Part shown: positions 1 through 14,217 of the stretch, in pieces
Layout: every line of letters begins with the position of its first letter
Position numbering within the stretch: position 1 is the stretch's first letter
Assembly (NCBI GenBank): GCA_964016885.1
Contig: OZ024743.1
Coordinates: 215,016,001 to 215,080,000, forward strand
Origin: Eledone cirrhosa
Lineage: Eukaryota
Direction: 5' to 3'
DNA length: 64,000 nt
Program-made: the position numbers and the translations under genes
The notes under the pieces: generated by a model
What the model was told of the DNA's origin: nothing
Database searches by the model: none
What the model saw: the letters and a program-made list of their open reading frames with translations, nothing else

Positions 1-183
1 TGGCAGTATCGGTAGAGGGTCGGACGCCATGCATTGCAGCATATATTTACGTCCCTTTATGATCTGAATTCAAATACCACCGAGTTTAACTTTGCCTTTC
101 ATCCTTACAGGGTTGATAAATTAAAGTACCAGTAATACACTGGAGTAATTGCTGGCCTTGTGCCAAAGGTAGAAACAATTATT
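1..183 (+). mobile_element. tRNA-derived SINE (cephalopod-type), 5' end cut by window edge
   Basis: A-box-like TGGCAGTATCGGT, B-box-like GAATTCAAATAC, central TTTGCCTTTCATCCT..GATAAA..AAGTACCAG block and tail GGCCTTGTGCCAAAGGTAGAAACAATT. The same layout recurs at 2810, 16062, 30808, 31858 and 40414. Confidence 0.85.
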
Positions 184-197
184 TACACAAAGAATAT

Positions 198-635
198 GGC
201 GTTCGATTGCCGATATCGGTAGAGCGACTGACATGATGTCCGCAATAAATTTACGGTCCTTTACATTTTCAGTTCAAATGAAGCCAATGTTAGCATTGCA
301 TATAATGCTTAGGGGATCGATATAAAGCAGCAGTGATGCACTGGGTCGATTTAATCGTCTTTCCTCCCTCACTCTCAAAATTGTTGACTTTTCGCCCAAA
401 GGAAGATTTATTAATTAATCAAAGAATAGGTAGGTGAATTGTCAGTATAAATTGATGGTTGGATAACCTTCTTAGCAACACATTGTTACAACGCTTTACG
501 TTCCGTTTAAAGCGTTTGCCTTGCCTTTCATCTTAACGTTGTCGATCACATAGTGTACCAGTAATGCACTGAGTCACATTTAATCGACTTCAAATATGTG
601 ACCTTTTTTTTAAAAGTAAAAACTATTATTTACCT
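198..635 (+). mobile_element. Two degenerate SINE copies head-to-tail behind the first
   Basis: Copy at about 198-420 has ATCGGTAGAG, AGTTCAAATG and GCACTGGGTCGATTTAATCG. Copy at about 428-635 has TTGCCTTTCATC, GTACCAGTAATGCACTG and TTAATCGACT. Confidence 0.6.
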
Positions 636-1739
636 ATAGACCTAAAGCCCTATATTACCATATCATCTTCATAATCAACCTAAATGAGATGTGGGATATA
701 GTGGATTTATATGAAAACATCCTGTCCACAAACAGTAACAATATACAAATGGTTCGTAGTTACACTCCATATTGGCAGTAGCTGCATTCTGAATAACTCC
801 CTGTAAACGCAGCTCTACATGCATGTATAAAAGGCTATATCGAATTATGAATTTTTCAACGGGGTCGGCGGCCGCTTTACATAAATTGTGGTATAATGTT
901 AGAATTCAGTAATCCTCGTCATGAGGAAAACGATAAAGTTTGTCTTATGACAAGTAATATTTTTTGAAATGGGATATCCCCTTTGATATTCTAAAAAATC
1001 ACTATCCTAATCTACAGATAACCCGTATTAAAACATATATATATATATAAAAATCTGTGCCTGTTGATGTAATGCACACAACCTAACAATTAATAGTTAG
1101 ATACACTGCGCCAGAAAACGATGACACAAACTAACCCTGTCACCCCAACAACAACAAACATCGATAATAAAACGGACAAACCAAACAAACAGTGCATTGT
1201 AGTTCAAATTGAAAAATCCGAACTAAAGATTATATAGTTAAGCACATGATATGAATAAAGTATCAGGCATTAGTGTCCGTCTAAATATATATACAGAAAA
1301 TATATCGATGCATTATTCTAAAAACAAAAAAGATAAAACAAAAGGCGTATTCATCATTTTGAAATTTTCCATTACTGAAAACTTTTAGAGTGTCATATTA
1401 ATTATTGGGAACTAAGCGTTTCTTTTTTCATTTTTTTTTTTTGTGTTTTATTTCTAAAGTTGATAAATTTCGTCTAAGCAGATAACGACACGTCTGACTA
1501 ACTACATAAATACGTCAAGTTGGTAAGAAAAAAAATTATTAACGATTTTTTCTGTGTTGCCCGGTAATTACGAAAGTTGTAAAGCAACCATTTATCTTAA
1601 AATAAAAATGGTGTTTCTTCATTAGCTGATATTGAGTATTGCATAATTATCTAACTTTCAACCAATCAATCAGTCTAGCTCAATATATATTATTTCATCG
1701 TTTGAAACATACATACACTTACTGATAAGCGTACACTTG

Positions 1740-1779
1740 CTTACACAAACATACACACAAACATACACATATATATATA

Positions 1780-1866
<87 letters not shown>

Positions 1867-1966
1867 TATATATATATACATATATATATATATTATATAT
1901 ATATATATGTATGTATATATATATATATATATACACCTACACACACATACATATACACACACACAA

Positions 1967-2022
<56 letters not shown>

Positions 2023-2045
2023 GTATATGTATATATATATATACA
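1740..2045. repeat. Compound (AT)n/(ACAT)n/(AC)n microsatellite
   Basis: Direct inspection; it explains the YIYI ORFs. Confidence 0.95.
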
Positions 2046-2374
2046 TCTTTTTCTTCATGTATTTCCGAAGCGTTTGGAGCGTTTGAAATAGGAAAATTCA
2101 AATGTAAAAACAGATCACCATAATCAATAATTGCGATAATTGGTTAAATAACCTGAGAGAAGAAAAAAGAAAACAACATTTTCCGCAATATTTTACGTCT
2201 CTAGGGTTAATTTTCAAACATTTCCAGTCTATTATGAATAGTGAGCATCTGTTATTACTGTCATTCTCAGAGTGTGGGCAGCCCCACCCCTTATATATAT
2301 GTTCATTTTATTGAGCCTGAATAGTCAATCGCTTTACTCAGAGGGACATCATACACGTTATATATAAATATATG

Positions 2375-2536
2375 ACTATCCAAGGAAAACTTGAACCGTT
2401 AAGGTATATTCTCCTTGGTTATGTCAAAATTCATAAAACACACTTCGTATTTTATCTGATGATAGCGTACCCTTGAAATATATATGATAGAATAAATATG
2501 GTATTATAAATATAGTTTTCTTTTATTTAATATCAT

Positions 2537-2545
<9 letters not shown>
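2375..2545 (+). mobile_element. Short dispersed repeat (PLE pseudo-LTR-like) with a degenerate hammerhead
   Basis: Reverse-complement match to about 31112-31290. It contains TATTTTAT-CTGATGA-TAGCGTACCCTT-GAAA-TATATA-TG-ATAGAATA (2448-2494) and ends in (AT)n. Confidence 0.65.
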
Positions 2546-2574
<29 letters not shown>

Positions 2575-2805
2575 TAACAGATTAAAGTTTAAGCAAAGAA
2601 TCGCTGCTTTCACCCTTAATGAGATCTTATGTATATATAAACATATATATATATATATATATAATACATATATATATATAATGTATATATATGTATATAT
2701 ATGTAGTTATATTTTGTGTATGAACGTATTTTGGGATGTTTGTATCAATCGCAGTGAATAAATATTTTCACACGCCCTTTCATGTATGTGTGTGCATAGT
2801 GTAAT

Positions 2806-2996
2806 AATTGTTTCTACGTTAGGCACAAGGCCAGCAATTACCCAGTGTATTACTGGTACTTTATGTTATAGACCCCGTAAGGATGAAAGGCAAAGTTAAC
2901 CTCGGCGGTATTTGAACTTAGAATGGCAAGGGCCGTAACTCTATGCGTCAAAGCATGGCGTCCGACCCTCTACCGATACTGCCAATCCACCGCCTT
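2806..2996 (-). mobile_element. tRNA-derived SINE, full length
   Basis: Reverse complement of the family consensus, with TAGTGTAATA on both flanks (candidate TSD). Confidence 0.88.
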
Positions 2997-4656
2997 AGTG
3001 TAATAGTGTAATAATGCTGTGCATAGTGTAATATTGCTGTTTGATACTTTTTAAATTTAATTTACTCGTAAAACAATACATTTTAGAATTGATTCAAACA
3101 CGAATGTGATGGTAATATTTCGTGTCACAATTGGCACCTTATTCAGCCAACCTTTGCCGAATCAGCAATAGCTGTCTCCTAGTTCTTTATATATGGTTCA
3201 TTCTCTGGTTTCCAAATAACTAATAAATTCTCAAATACTGAATTCGTTACATGTATAATTATATAGGCATAGCGAAATATTAAAGCATTTTATTTTCCTA
3301 GCACATGTCTCTCCCCTTTTACATATTACATCTCTTTATGCGATTAATTCGTTTTCTGTAAATTAATTCTGTATAATTTAGTTCTCAGTAAATTACTTTC
3401 TCCTAAACCCGGGAAAATTATGTGAAAATTAAGTTCTTTTTCTTTGAAATATTTCAATTCCAGTAATTTCAGTTTGATCAACGAAAGATACGTTCTTGCG
3501 TTTTACCGTTTTATGTCTTCCTTGTACAATTGAATTTAATATATATATGTATGCGCATATGTGTATATGTCTATATGGTTACATATATATATATATATAT
3601 GTAAAGAACATCTACATTATATCGTGTGTTCAACTTATTTATTTATTATGCAGTTCGTGTTTACCTATGTGAGATGCTTCTTTCGTTAACACCCTGTATG
3701 ATTTACGTCACCACGAGTCTTGAACAAGTTAATGAATTTATTATGTATGATATGCTTAGCAAAATGATACACAATATTGCTGCTTCCCCATCCTATGCAT
3801 ATATTTCAGCGCTCTAGGTAGAAAACAAAATACACCGGAAACAAATCATTGAGGCGGTCACATGTCTCAAACAAGAAATATTGTTGGTCGTTTCCAGTTG
3901 CGAAAACAAATGTAGTGCTGCCTTTATTTGCTTTGACAAAATTGACTGTATTTTAAGGAGGTTTAGGGCTTTACAGATTGTTGAACCATAGATTCTCATG
4001 GAACTATCTATGTCACAATTTAAGAAATATATTTGCACATATAGATAGATAGAGAGAGAGTGAGATAGATATACAGACAGATAGACAGATGGCGAGAGAG
4101 AAAGAGAGAGAGGGGGAGAAGGAGGGAGATAGAGAGAGAGCGAGAGAGAGATACAACAGAGGTATAATAAACAATTAGGATGTGATAAGTAAGTTAACAC
4201 ATATCATTGATTAATATATAGAAATGCAAATGGTGGGAACTAAAATTAAAACGTGTACCAGGTATTTGGCTATTTGACAAAACATAGTCAGACAAAAATG
4301 CGAGCAAGCTGGGTGTCGAGTGATAGAAATCCATAGGTTTTGCATTATTGTTTAGCAAGAATGAACAGCTGGTAAAAAGCCGAAATACTGCCAAAAATGT
4401 TTCATTGATTTCCGATAACGAAAACAGGTACTTTCATTTGGAAAATTTCCAATGCTGACTATTGGCATGAACCGTTAGTAGCACTGAAAAGTGTGGTGCT
4501 ACAAGTTAACTACGTTAGTATCACTAAGACTCAAAAGCTATCACGCTGCCTTTTGTTCAGCGCGCTCCTTCATTATAGATTTATTCTCATTATATAATTC
4601 TTTGATACTAAGGTTATGTGCATATACGCAAATAAATGAATTCCCATGCTCTTCAC

Positions 4657-4691
<35 letters not shown>

Positions 4692-5959
4692 CATATATGT
4701 GTGTGTGTGAGCATGTGCGTGTGTGTATGTGTCTATCACCCTGATCTCAAAATGAGAACGTAACACTTGTCTACACGCTAAATCATTACATTGTCTTTGC
4801 ATTGAGTGCTTGCTAAAATTGGTACTGAGATTTAGAGAAAGCATTGAGTATACTTTGTATATATATGTGTGTGCGTGTGTGTGTGTGTGTGTATGTGTGT
4901 CTGTGTGTATGTAAAACCATTCATAATGTTTATTTCGTATCCTCTTTTCAACCGTTTAGTCTATTTCATGTATTTTATTTATTAATTCCATTTCCTTTGT
5001 TATAGGTACGCATATTTATATGTTATCTAATCGATTGGAATGTCCACCTGCGTTATGTGTCATATTTCACAAATAGTATCTGATATGTTGGCATATTATG
5101 AAGGACATAATGTATATTTTCAGTATAACTCTAAATTATATATGTGCTAGGAAACTTTCATTTCTTTAGCACGACTTTCATTTTTATGCACAATACCATT
5201 CATTATTTCAGGAGAATATAATTCATCCAAACTTCCAACATTTTATCGGTTCATTTAACCATTAAAACGAATCCTCATCATGGGAATACATAATTAAATT
5301 CTGTAAAAAGAAAACATACAATGTATAATTAAGATAAGGCATTACTTGAGCCTAAATCTTCAAATACTGTGTTGATATTACCTAGATGGTATATGTTTTT
5401 GTATCGTGAACCATTGATAACTGACGTAATATTTCATACGATTATAAATATTGGCAAAACAATACTAATATCTAAAATGCGCGGAGTAGGGCCAACATCA
5501 TCGTTCAGAACAATATCAATAACAACATTAAAATAACCACGAAGACTTATGCAACAAAAGTATCAGGACCAACAGCAATAGTAACAAAAATAAAGTTATA
5601 GTTATTTTAAAGAGCGACTTAATAACAACGCATGGTAAATCGCATCTAAAGCTCTTTACCGCAAATAAAATGAACTGGACACATTATTCCTCTACAAAAA
5701 TTTGATTGTTCGTAAAAATTTCCATAGGACACGCAAAGTTATTGTCTACATACAGAGGTGAAATATTACAAAATTTACTAATTGGCATGGAATAAGCTCA
5801 TCGAGGGTGTGCACAGACATTCAACATTAAATGGGGAAAGTTAAATAAGTTCCTAATGGGGAAAGAAACAAGAGAATGAAAAGGAGAAAAATGAAAGAAG
5901 GATCTAGCATCAAAGGAAATAGAACAGGAAGGGACAGTCGGTACAGCCCAATCTTCTTT

Positions 5960-8030
5960 GTGCTTCAGCCGCGACCTCCGGACAAATCGACAAGTAGCGT
6001 TGTCATAGAGAATACACAGAGACACCCGCTGCAACAGCTGCTCTAATTCACGGGGCTCGTTCATCAAGCGGGCCGCTGTAGTCCCGACGTCAGGGAATAT
6101 ATCAGCGATACTGTGAGCACAGTCGCTAGAGGTTTCGACAGAAAGCGGTGGAGAGGAGAAGCGGTTGGTCAGGCCCCATTATTTGACTACTCTACACTTT
6201 TCCGCATTGCGAGCAGCGAAGTGCGAGTTCGTAGCCGAAGTGAAATATTTGGAGTTACAGTATAAGTCGCTGAACATCGCGTCCCAAAGTAGAGATTTAC
6301 CCCAGTCCCATCAAGGGAAGCGTGTTAATAGGTCAGGTCACTTTACATCGACACAGCTGATGCCAGCTGGCTCCAATTGTGACGGGAAACCGGCTGCTTT
6401 GAGGCTCCTTCTAATGATGTAGTTCAGAGCAGTGTGACAGAGAGCCAACCTGCATTGAGGTAGCAAGATAGCAGAAGCAGACCTAACTCTTCAACGACTG
6501 ATCCACATAGGCACTTGTGTAGCTCACACACGCGGTGGCCGAGCCGCTTTTCCAATCCAGTGTGAGTGCACTCATCATCTAGAATCATAATGTTTGATAA
6601 ACAAAGGACCAATATTGAGCTAAGTGACTCCTTAAGCTGGCATGACGGTGTTGGTCTGCAGACGAATCTACCCGTCATCCCCTTCATGTATGCACGATTG
6701 GTATCCAGTCATTCCGCATAGCTTTCCTGAAGCCGAGTCACAAACAGGACAGGATATATACTGAGTACGGCGACTTGGAATTCGACATTGCTGTAGCTCA
6801 TATTGATGATCTCAAATAGTAAACAGGTTGATGGCAAGTTCTATATGCGTTAGGGCAGGATTGACTCAGTAGAGGTCATTGGCAACAACTTAATCAAACC
6901 TCCCAGAAATCCATGTGCCAGACATTGAATGCTGAGCGGACTAAATGGTCGATATCTCCAACAGTCGGTGCAAAAAGGAGAGGGCTAAGTGGGTCCTCTT
7001 GCTGGAACTAGTGGTGAGGATGATCTGTTTGATGCCATGTTTGTTCTGGGTGTCCCATAAATGAGAGGAATGAGAGATTGCAAAGAGAGAGAACGTCATA
7101 GGCTTGTCTCACAGATGTTATCTCATCTACCACACTTGAAGGCGTTACGCATGTCCACCTTCACTGGGAAATGAGGTGATGATGAAATCGTGTGCTTTAT
7201 GAAGTGTCTGGCTACATTAGCTGTCGCACCACATCCTACCATAACACCTACACCGAGCTGGGTACGGCTGAATACATCACTCAGATCGACAATGACTGAC
7301 CTGTAGGTTACTTAGGCTGCAATTCAACGAAAGAGTTTGCCCATTGCAATGGGCCGTATGCCACCATAATTCTCCTTCAACACCGTCAAATTGACTGAGA
7401 TAACATGGAGGGATGTTGTTACGAAGAGGCCTGTTGCGGTAGTGATCTTCCCACCTGAGGGGATTCTGGCATGTTTAGGTCTGTAAAATTGTGGGGTCAC
7501 AGGCCATCCACTCCGCCGCTACTGCTCTTAGGAAGGATCACTTGACTGCTCTCACATTCTTGTCGGACGTGGATCAGGTAGCGACACTATCAGTGATCTT
7601 AATCTCCCTGAGGTCGGCCAGTAAGACCGCTTGCTTGAGAAGGAGAGTGACCAGTACCAATGGTGTGGACTGGATTACCTGGTTGCTCAGTGCCAGTCTA
7701 AATGAAACGTTGACCTCTATTAATTTATGATTGTTCCCGCAACGGAGTCAGTTTGCGCTGTTGAAAGGGGACTCCCTGTGTGGTGTTTGCCTGGGAGAAC
7801 GTGGGAGAGCGAGAAGCTGAATATTGAGAGGATGCAAAAGAAAGCGATGTTATCACTGAGCCTTGATGTCAAGGAGGGGCTGAGCCTGTTAGAGTCATGA
7901 GGACTCCAGGTATGAATGACATAAAACTGAATGGTTTTTTCCAGTCCTGCTGATTGCTTGTTTTGAACGCCTGGTCAGTAGACAGTCCTAGGGCTTCGGC
8001 CACGAAAGGGCGGGTGGCTTGTTCTGTGTA
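5960..8030 (-). pseudogene. Decayed CRE-clade non-LTR retrotransposon (RT plus restriction-like endonuclease)
   Basis: Minus-strand peptides GGIRPIAMGKLFR*IAA, QLGVGVMVGCGATANVARHF, VKVDMRNAFK, KSLLWDA and EPRELEQLLQRVSLCIL match CRE RT/RLE motifs. The block is GC-richer than its flanks and has many stops. Confidence 0.75.
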
Positions 8031-10359
8031 TGTCTACGAGCGAAGCGTTGATTTGGACGATAAATATTCTATTCAAATCAACATTGAACTTGAACGCCTA
8101 AAACCACGATGTGAATCATTTACCATAGAAACAAGGTACATACTGTGAAATATAGCGCATTTAAAAATATTCTCACGCAATGCTCGTATAAATAGAGATT
8201 TCATAAATAACACGCACTCATGCAAAAATAAAAATAACAACAGATATGAAGTTTGAAACACCATAAACAGGAAACAATGATACATCATTAACACTAATTT
8301 GAAAAGCACTCTATTCCACCAAATTAATCTTCACACATGTAATTCACGATTGAGCAAGGTAAGCCAAATATACAAATTACAATGCAAACTAAATATGCTC
8401 TTAGAAAAAGTAGCAGCATAATGCATAACATCATAAATGTATAGTCTTTAGTTATATATAAGGCGCCCATTACAACTACACATGAAATGAAAATACTACC
8501 TCAAATACTTCCATTCGATCCCCCACCAATGTACATACTTATAAAATGATTCAGGTCAAACGACGTTGAAGGCTTGCCCACATACATACAATCATATATC
8601 CGGTACATAGTTACAACAAACAGCACATAATCAATAACTAATTATGTCTAACAGAAAACCATGTACGCAAATATATAACATTAAACATATACATACTATA
8701 TTAACATTCCGCTACCTTGTTACTAATGTGACAATCCTCTGTGTTTTCTCGTTAACACACTCCATATCTCCGAAACTAGATAAGAATGCAATATATTATG
8801 GTGCAAATACAACAGGTGCTTCAACAGCAATGAACTGCACCAATATACATAATTATTCAATATACATAATGAACAGAACCAATATACATAATTCCCCGAT
8901 GCAACGAAATTAAAACTCCTGCTGAGATGTGTCAATTGGTTAAACACAATTAGTAAATATTCCGACAAATATCATTCGATATCGTATCACACCTGCGCAC
9001 TAATAAACAACGTCCTCCAATATTATATGCACTACAACATACTGGCGCGAATTATTTCTTCAATAAAGAGATTCAATGTTCGTAGACCACAACAGTACTT
9101 TAATTATTCAGATTGATACTATAGTATATACGCTAAAGAAATTATTTTGGGAACATTCGTAAATTTATATTACTTAAAGAATTCATAGACTATATAAATT
9201 CTCATAATAGTAGAGATACAACATATGGTAAAACTTAAGAAAATCCTAAAACTAAATCTACGACATACATATTGAAAATAGAAGAAAAGGAAACTATATA
9301 AACCTGGACCTTCCTCATTTGAGAAGTGTCATCTAAAGCACAACAGGAAAGTGAAAACATTCAGGTTTCTTCATTTCTATTCATGTGGATGTTGCCTGAT
9401 TGATTTTAAATTGGAGAATGTTTATTGTTGAGACGATTATTCTCTTGGTTTTCATACATGTTTATTATATTCGTTGTCGTTCCCTTACTTTCGAGTTTCT
9501 TATTACATTTTCCACACATTTATCGATATTCTGGAAATTAAAGCAACAATTATTAAAATTATTTATTCAGAAGTTTTCTGTGAAGTTTTATGGGATAACA
9601 AGGTGCATCTCCGATATATGTTGAGCAGCAATGTAGTTTATTTCTTTAATATTTTATATTAATTGAGAGTGTAGAAATCCGTGTTGATGCAAGGCTTCAA
9701 ATGTGTGTTGTTATGGTTTTGGTTTGCATTTTATGGTATTATAACGCTACTACTACCACTGTAGTTTACTGTGTGCGACAGTGTAATGTGTATTGGTGTG
9801 TAGCGTGGCGCAGAATGTGTAGTCGTGTGTTGTGGTGTGTGGTGTAATGTGTAGTGGTGTATGTGGTGATGTGCAGCAACAGTTAGATGAAATGTTAACA
9901 CAGTGGGGGCGGAGTATTGGTATTAGTGAGAAGAGGTGAGTCATAAATGTATGGGGATGGATGAGGTGTAAGAGGTAACGGATGCAGATCGGATGACGTG
10001 GAGGATATGAAGGAGATTGTTAGTGAAAGGGAAAGTAACTATCATCAGAGAACTATAGTTATGGTATCTTGCATCGTAGGGTTCATTTCATCCCCTTTCC
10101 CTAAACCCCCTCCATATCCCCTACCAAATGTCCCTTGACATTCAAACTCAGCCAGCGAATGATTTAAGACGGATTGAAAGCTTGTTGCTATTGGTTAGGA
10201 GTTTCACAACTTAAGCTGAGAGTGGGAGAAGGAGAGAGACTGAGACAATGAGAGAGGGAAAGATGCGGTGGTGGAGAGTGAGAGAGAGAGACAGAATTAA
10301 AGTGAGAGGCACTAGCTTATTAAAGGAAGTGTGAATAAACACATACACATATGTATCTC

Positions 10360-10583
<224 letters not shown>

Positions 10584-11149
10584 ATAACAGGAGGCTGGAC
10601 TGGTGTAAATCCTTGAAAGGTTTATTATACTATGATCATTTCAATGACCGGGTTCCATATGAATATGTGTTCCATATGAATATGTGAAAGGAATATGTAA
10701 AACAACCATGGGTCCGAAAAATCAGAGACGGAGACAAAAAGGACGACTGACCAACTAGCTGCTTTCACCTCGGCCAGTCGCCCTCAAAGTGATGGCAACT
10801 CAATCCACTAATGACCATCTGGTGAGAGGGCGAAGGCTTATAATGCAAAGAAAAAGGGGAAGAAAGAAAGTAAGGAAGAAAGAAGAAAAGAGGAAGAAAG
10901 AAGTCAGCGTAAGGGTCACACTACAGTCATGCTAGAAAGCGCCGCGAAAAATGCTACTCCAAAGAATCTATATTTAACAAAGGCATATATAATGGGTGTC
11001 TGTATGGTCTAATATGTGAACCGAAAATGTGTAACCGAAAATATATATAAATATATATATATCTATATACGCACACGCGCACACACACAATTATGTGTGT
11101 GTATGAGTGTGTGAGTGTGTGTGTGTGTGCGTCTTTGAGGAGGTTGAAT

Positions 11150-12200
11150 CATAAATATACGTTGATTGTCCTGGTAAATGGATACCTTTCTCTGAGTATC
11201 AAGTATACAGTAGCATTAATAAGTTGTATATGGCCATATGATTTTTAGTGTAAGTTATTGGTTTTGAATTGACGGGTATCAAGTGCATAAGTGTATATGA
11301 CCAAGTGCATAAGTGTATGTGATGTGTTATGCTGTACGGGGTTAATCATGTAGAATTTATACTGTATATGATGTGTTACACTCAGCGATTATTGTAGAAG
11401 GAGTACTTTTTTGTGGAGATTTACGGTTTGAGCGGTGATACTGAATTGATGAACATTTTGGAAATCCTATAATTGTTAACACCTGATATGGTTTTACCTC
11501 ATACAGTAATCGTTATCCTACTTAGTTCTCCAATTGTTATCAACCCTGCTTTTACAATCACTGGCTTTTATAAAGTACATGTGACTATATGTGCGTGCAA
11601 TGTTTTGACCGTTAACACAACAAAACATCAACATGTTGCTTAAAATATATTATATAGCTGTTAACTCGATCATGTCTGTGTATTAAATCAATCTTGTAAA
11701 GGGCTGGGCAGCCAATCTTGTAAAGGGCAAGCAACTCAGTAATCTGCATTTGAAGTGCCTGTTTTTAGTATTTTAATTGTGTAACTAATTTAGTATTTTA
11801 ATTGTGTTCTGGGACTGGTCTGGATTACATTAAGATCATTTGTGTCTGCTTTTATCGTGGAGCTTGTAAGATATAGTTGACTTATCTTCTATATTGCTCC
11901 TTGCGGGATATTTGCCCTGGAGAGGTTTGTGTATCTCCATTTCTTCTTCGGTGTAATGGTTTCATCGGAATGTGTTTTATTTCTTTCAACATTTCTGTTG
12001 TATGTTTCTTATCCTATTCTGTTGTATCACATTAGATAGTACCTCATTCATATTTTATCAGTTCCTTGAATATATTGAATTGTGTTTTATTATGCCACAG
12101 CTTGACACTTGTGTTGTCCTGAGTTATTTTGTATTAAATACTTATAAACAAAACATTACCGGGTTTGATAATTCAACTGATTATTTACTGCTGTCAGTTA
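11150..12200 (-). pseudogene. Highly decayed Penelope-like RT remnant
   Basis: Minus-strand fragments TIKADTND (ADK motif), IGFPKC (YGLPK-like) and SPLKP*ISTKSTPSTIIAE (PLRPIIS..TPT-like) occur in the expected order. Confidence 0.4.
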
Positions 12201-12729
12201 GATCATAAATATCATCATTATTTTTATTAAAACATTAATTAATATCGTAATCGCCATACTCATCATCAAATTCATTGAATACTCGTAACAACCATAGTAA
12301 TAATCCTTTTCACAAACGCCACCACCACTATCTCCATCATCATCATACGCATCTGCAGCAGTATTAACACCATTATCACCATACATAGGTCTTATCTTTG
12401 TCCTCATTTGCTAATTCTCATCATCTTTAGTATGTTATCAGCAACTTCAACATAACGACCATAGTTGCAATAGACACGTATTATATTCTACTAAATGAAG
12501 TATTATGCTCTAGTAACGTGGATATTCAAATTGGCTAGATCGATATATAGGCTATATTTTTCGATAGTTTTGTTGAAAGAGGTGAAAGTTTCAGTTATGG
12601 GTCATTTAATAAAATTTTATGAATTACACTCTACACAGAGAAACTTGCCAAAAGATTAATGATTCATGCTTGGCTAGGTGAATTACGCATTGTAATATAT
12701 ACATTTGCACACACATAAATAAATATACA

Positions 12730-13102
<373 letters not shown>

Positions 13103-13419
13103 AGACACACATTCATTCATGTCAGACTTGGTATTAACTCTTCGATTATATTTTCGCATGGGATACTCTTCCAGCAGTTCTTTGGTTTCGATATTGTTGT
13201 TGCTGATTTTATTAATATTGGTGTTTGGATATGTTTGTGTTGCACATACACTTTTTTATTAAAATGCGCGTATACAAATGCACATGTACAAACACATACA
13301 ATCAAACTCATACAATCATACACACATATTAATATGTATACGTACTTATATATACCTATATATACAGTATATATATGTACAATTATAATACACACATACA
13401 CACCCTCACCCACACCCAC

Positions 13420-13506
<87 letters not shown>

Positions 13507-14160
13507 TGGCTGTCTTCATGTATGTATGTAAATTTAAATCGTTAGAACGTCGAAGAACGTATTATGCGGTATTTTCTTCGAGACATTCTTGGATATTTAT
13601 AAATGCTCGAAGTCAATACTAGTGTCGATCTAATCGACTCCACAGTTATACTAACACGCAAACTACTACTCTGGGAATTATTTACCGGCCATGCGCTTTC
13701 ACGATAGATGAACGAAAATATCGGTTGAAGTACTTTGCAGTCACATCAATAATATCTGAGTATATCATAATATATCATTGGCAAAAATAAGTACATCCAT
13801 CCTATCATTCAGTGGAAGGCCCACACATACACACGGAAACCAACTTATGCAAACACACATGTACATAATGTTCGTCTCTAAAGTAGAGTCCAAGAAAAGC
13901 GAAAGCGCAAGAGAGCTGCTAGCGTTGTGGTATATGTAATGAAATCATAGTTTAAAATACAGGTATAAGGAAGACAATATGTATATTTACTGTACATAAG
14001 TATAATGTATATATGTACATGTACTTCTTTTTTACTCAAGCACGCTGTTTAGGTGAAATAGCTAATTAAAATATCCAGTGAGTGATGCTTGTTTATCGAA
14101 CAAGCATACTGTAAATTTGCATATATATGGATCTACGAACACACACAAACACAATCATAT

Positions 14161-14217
<57 letters not shown>

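Noticed and set aside
8830-8897. 39-bp tandem duplication
   Set aside because: It is a simple two-unit local duplication with no further structure.
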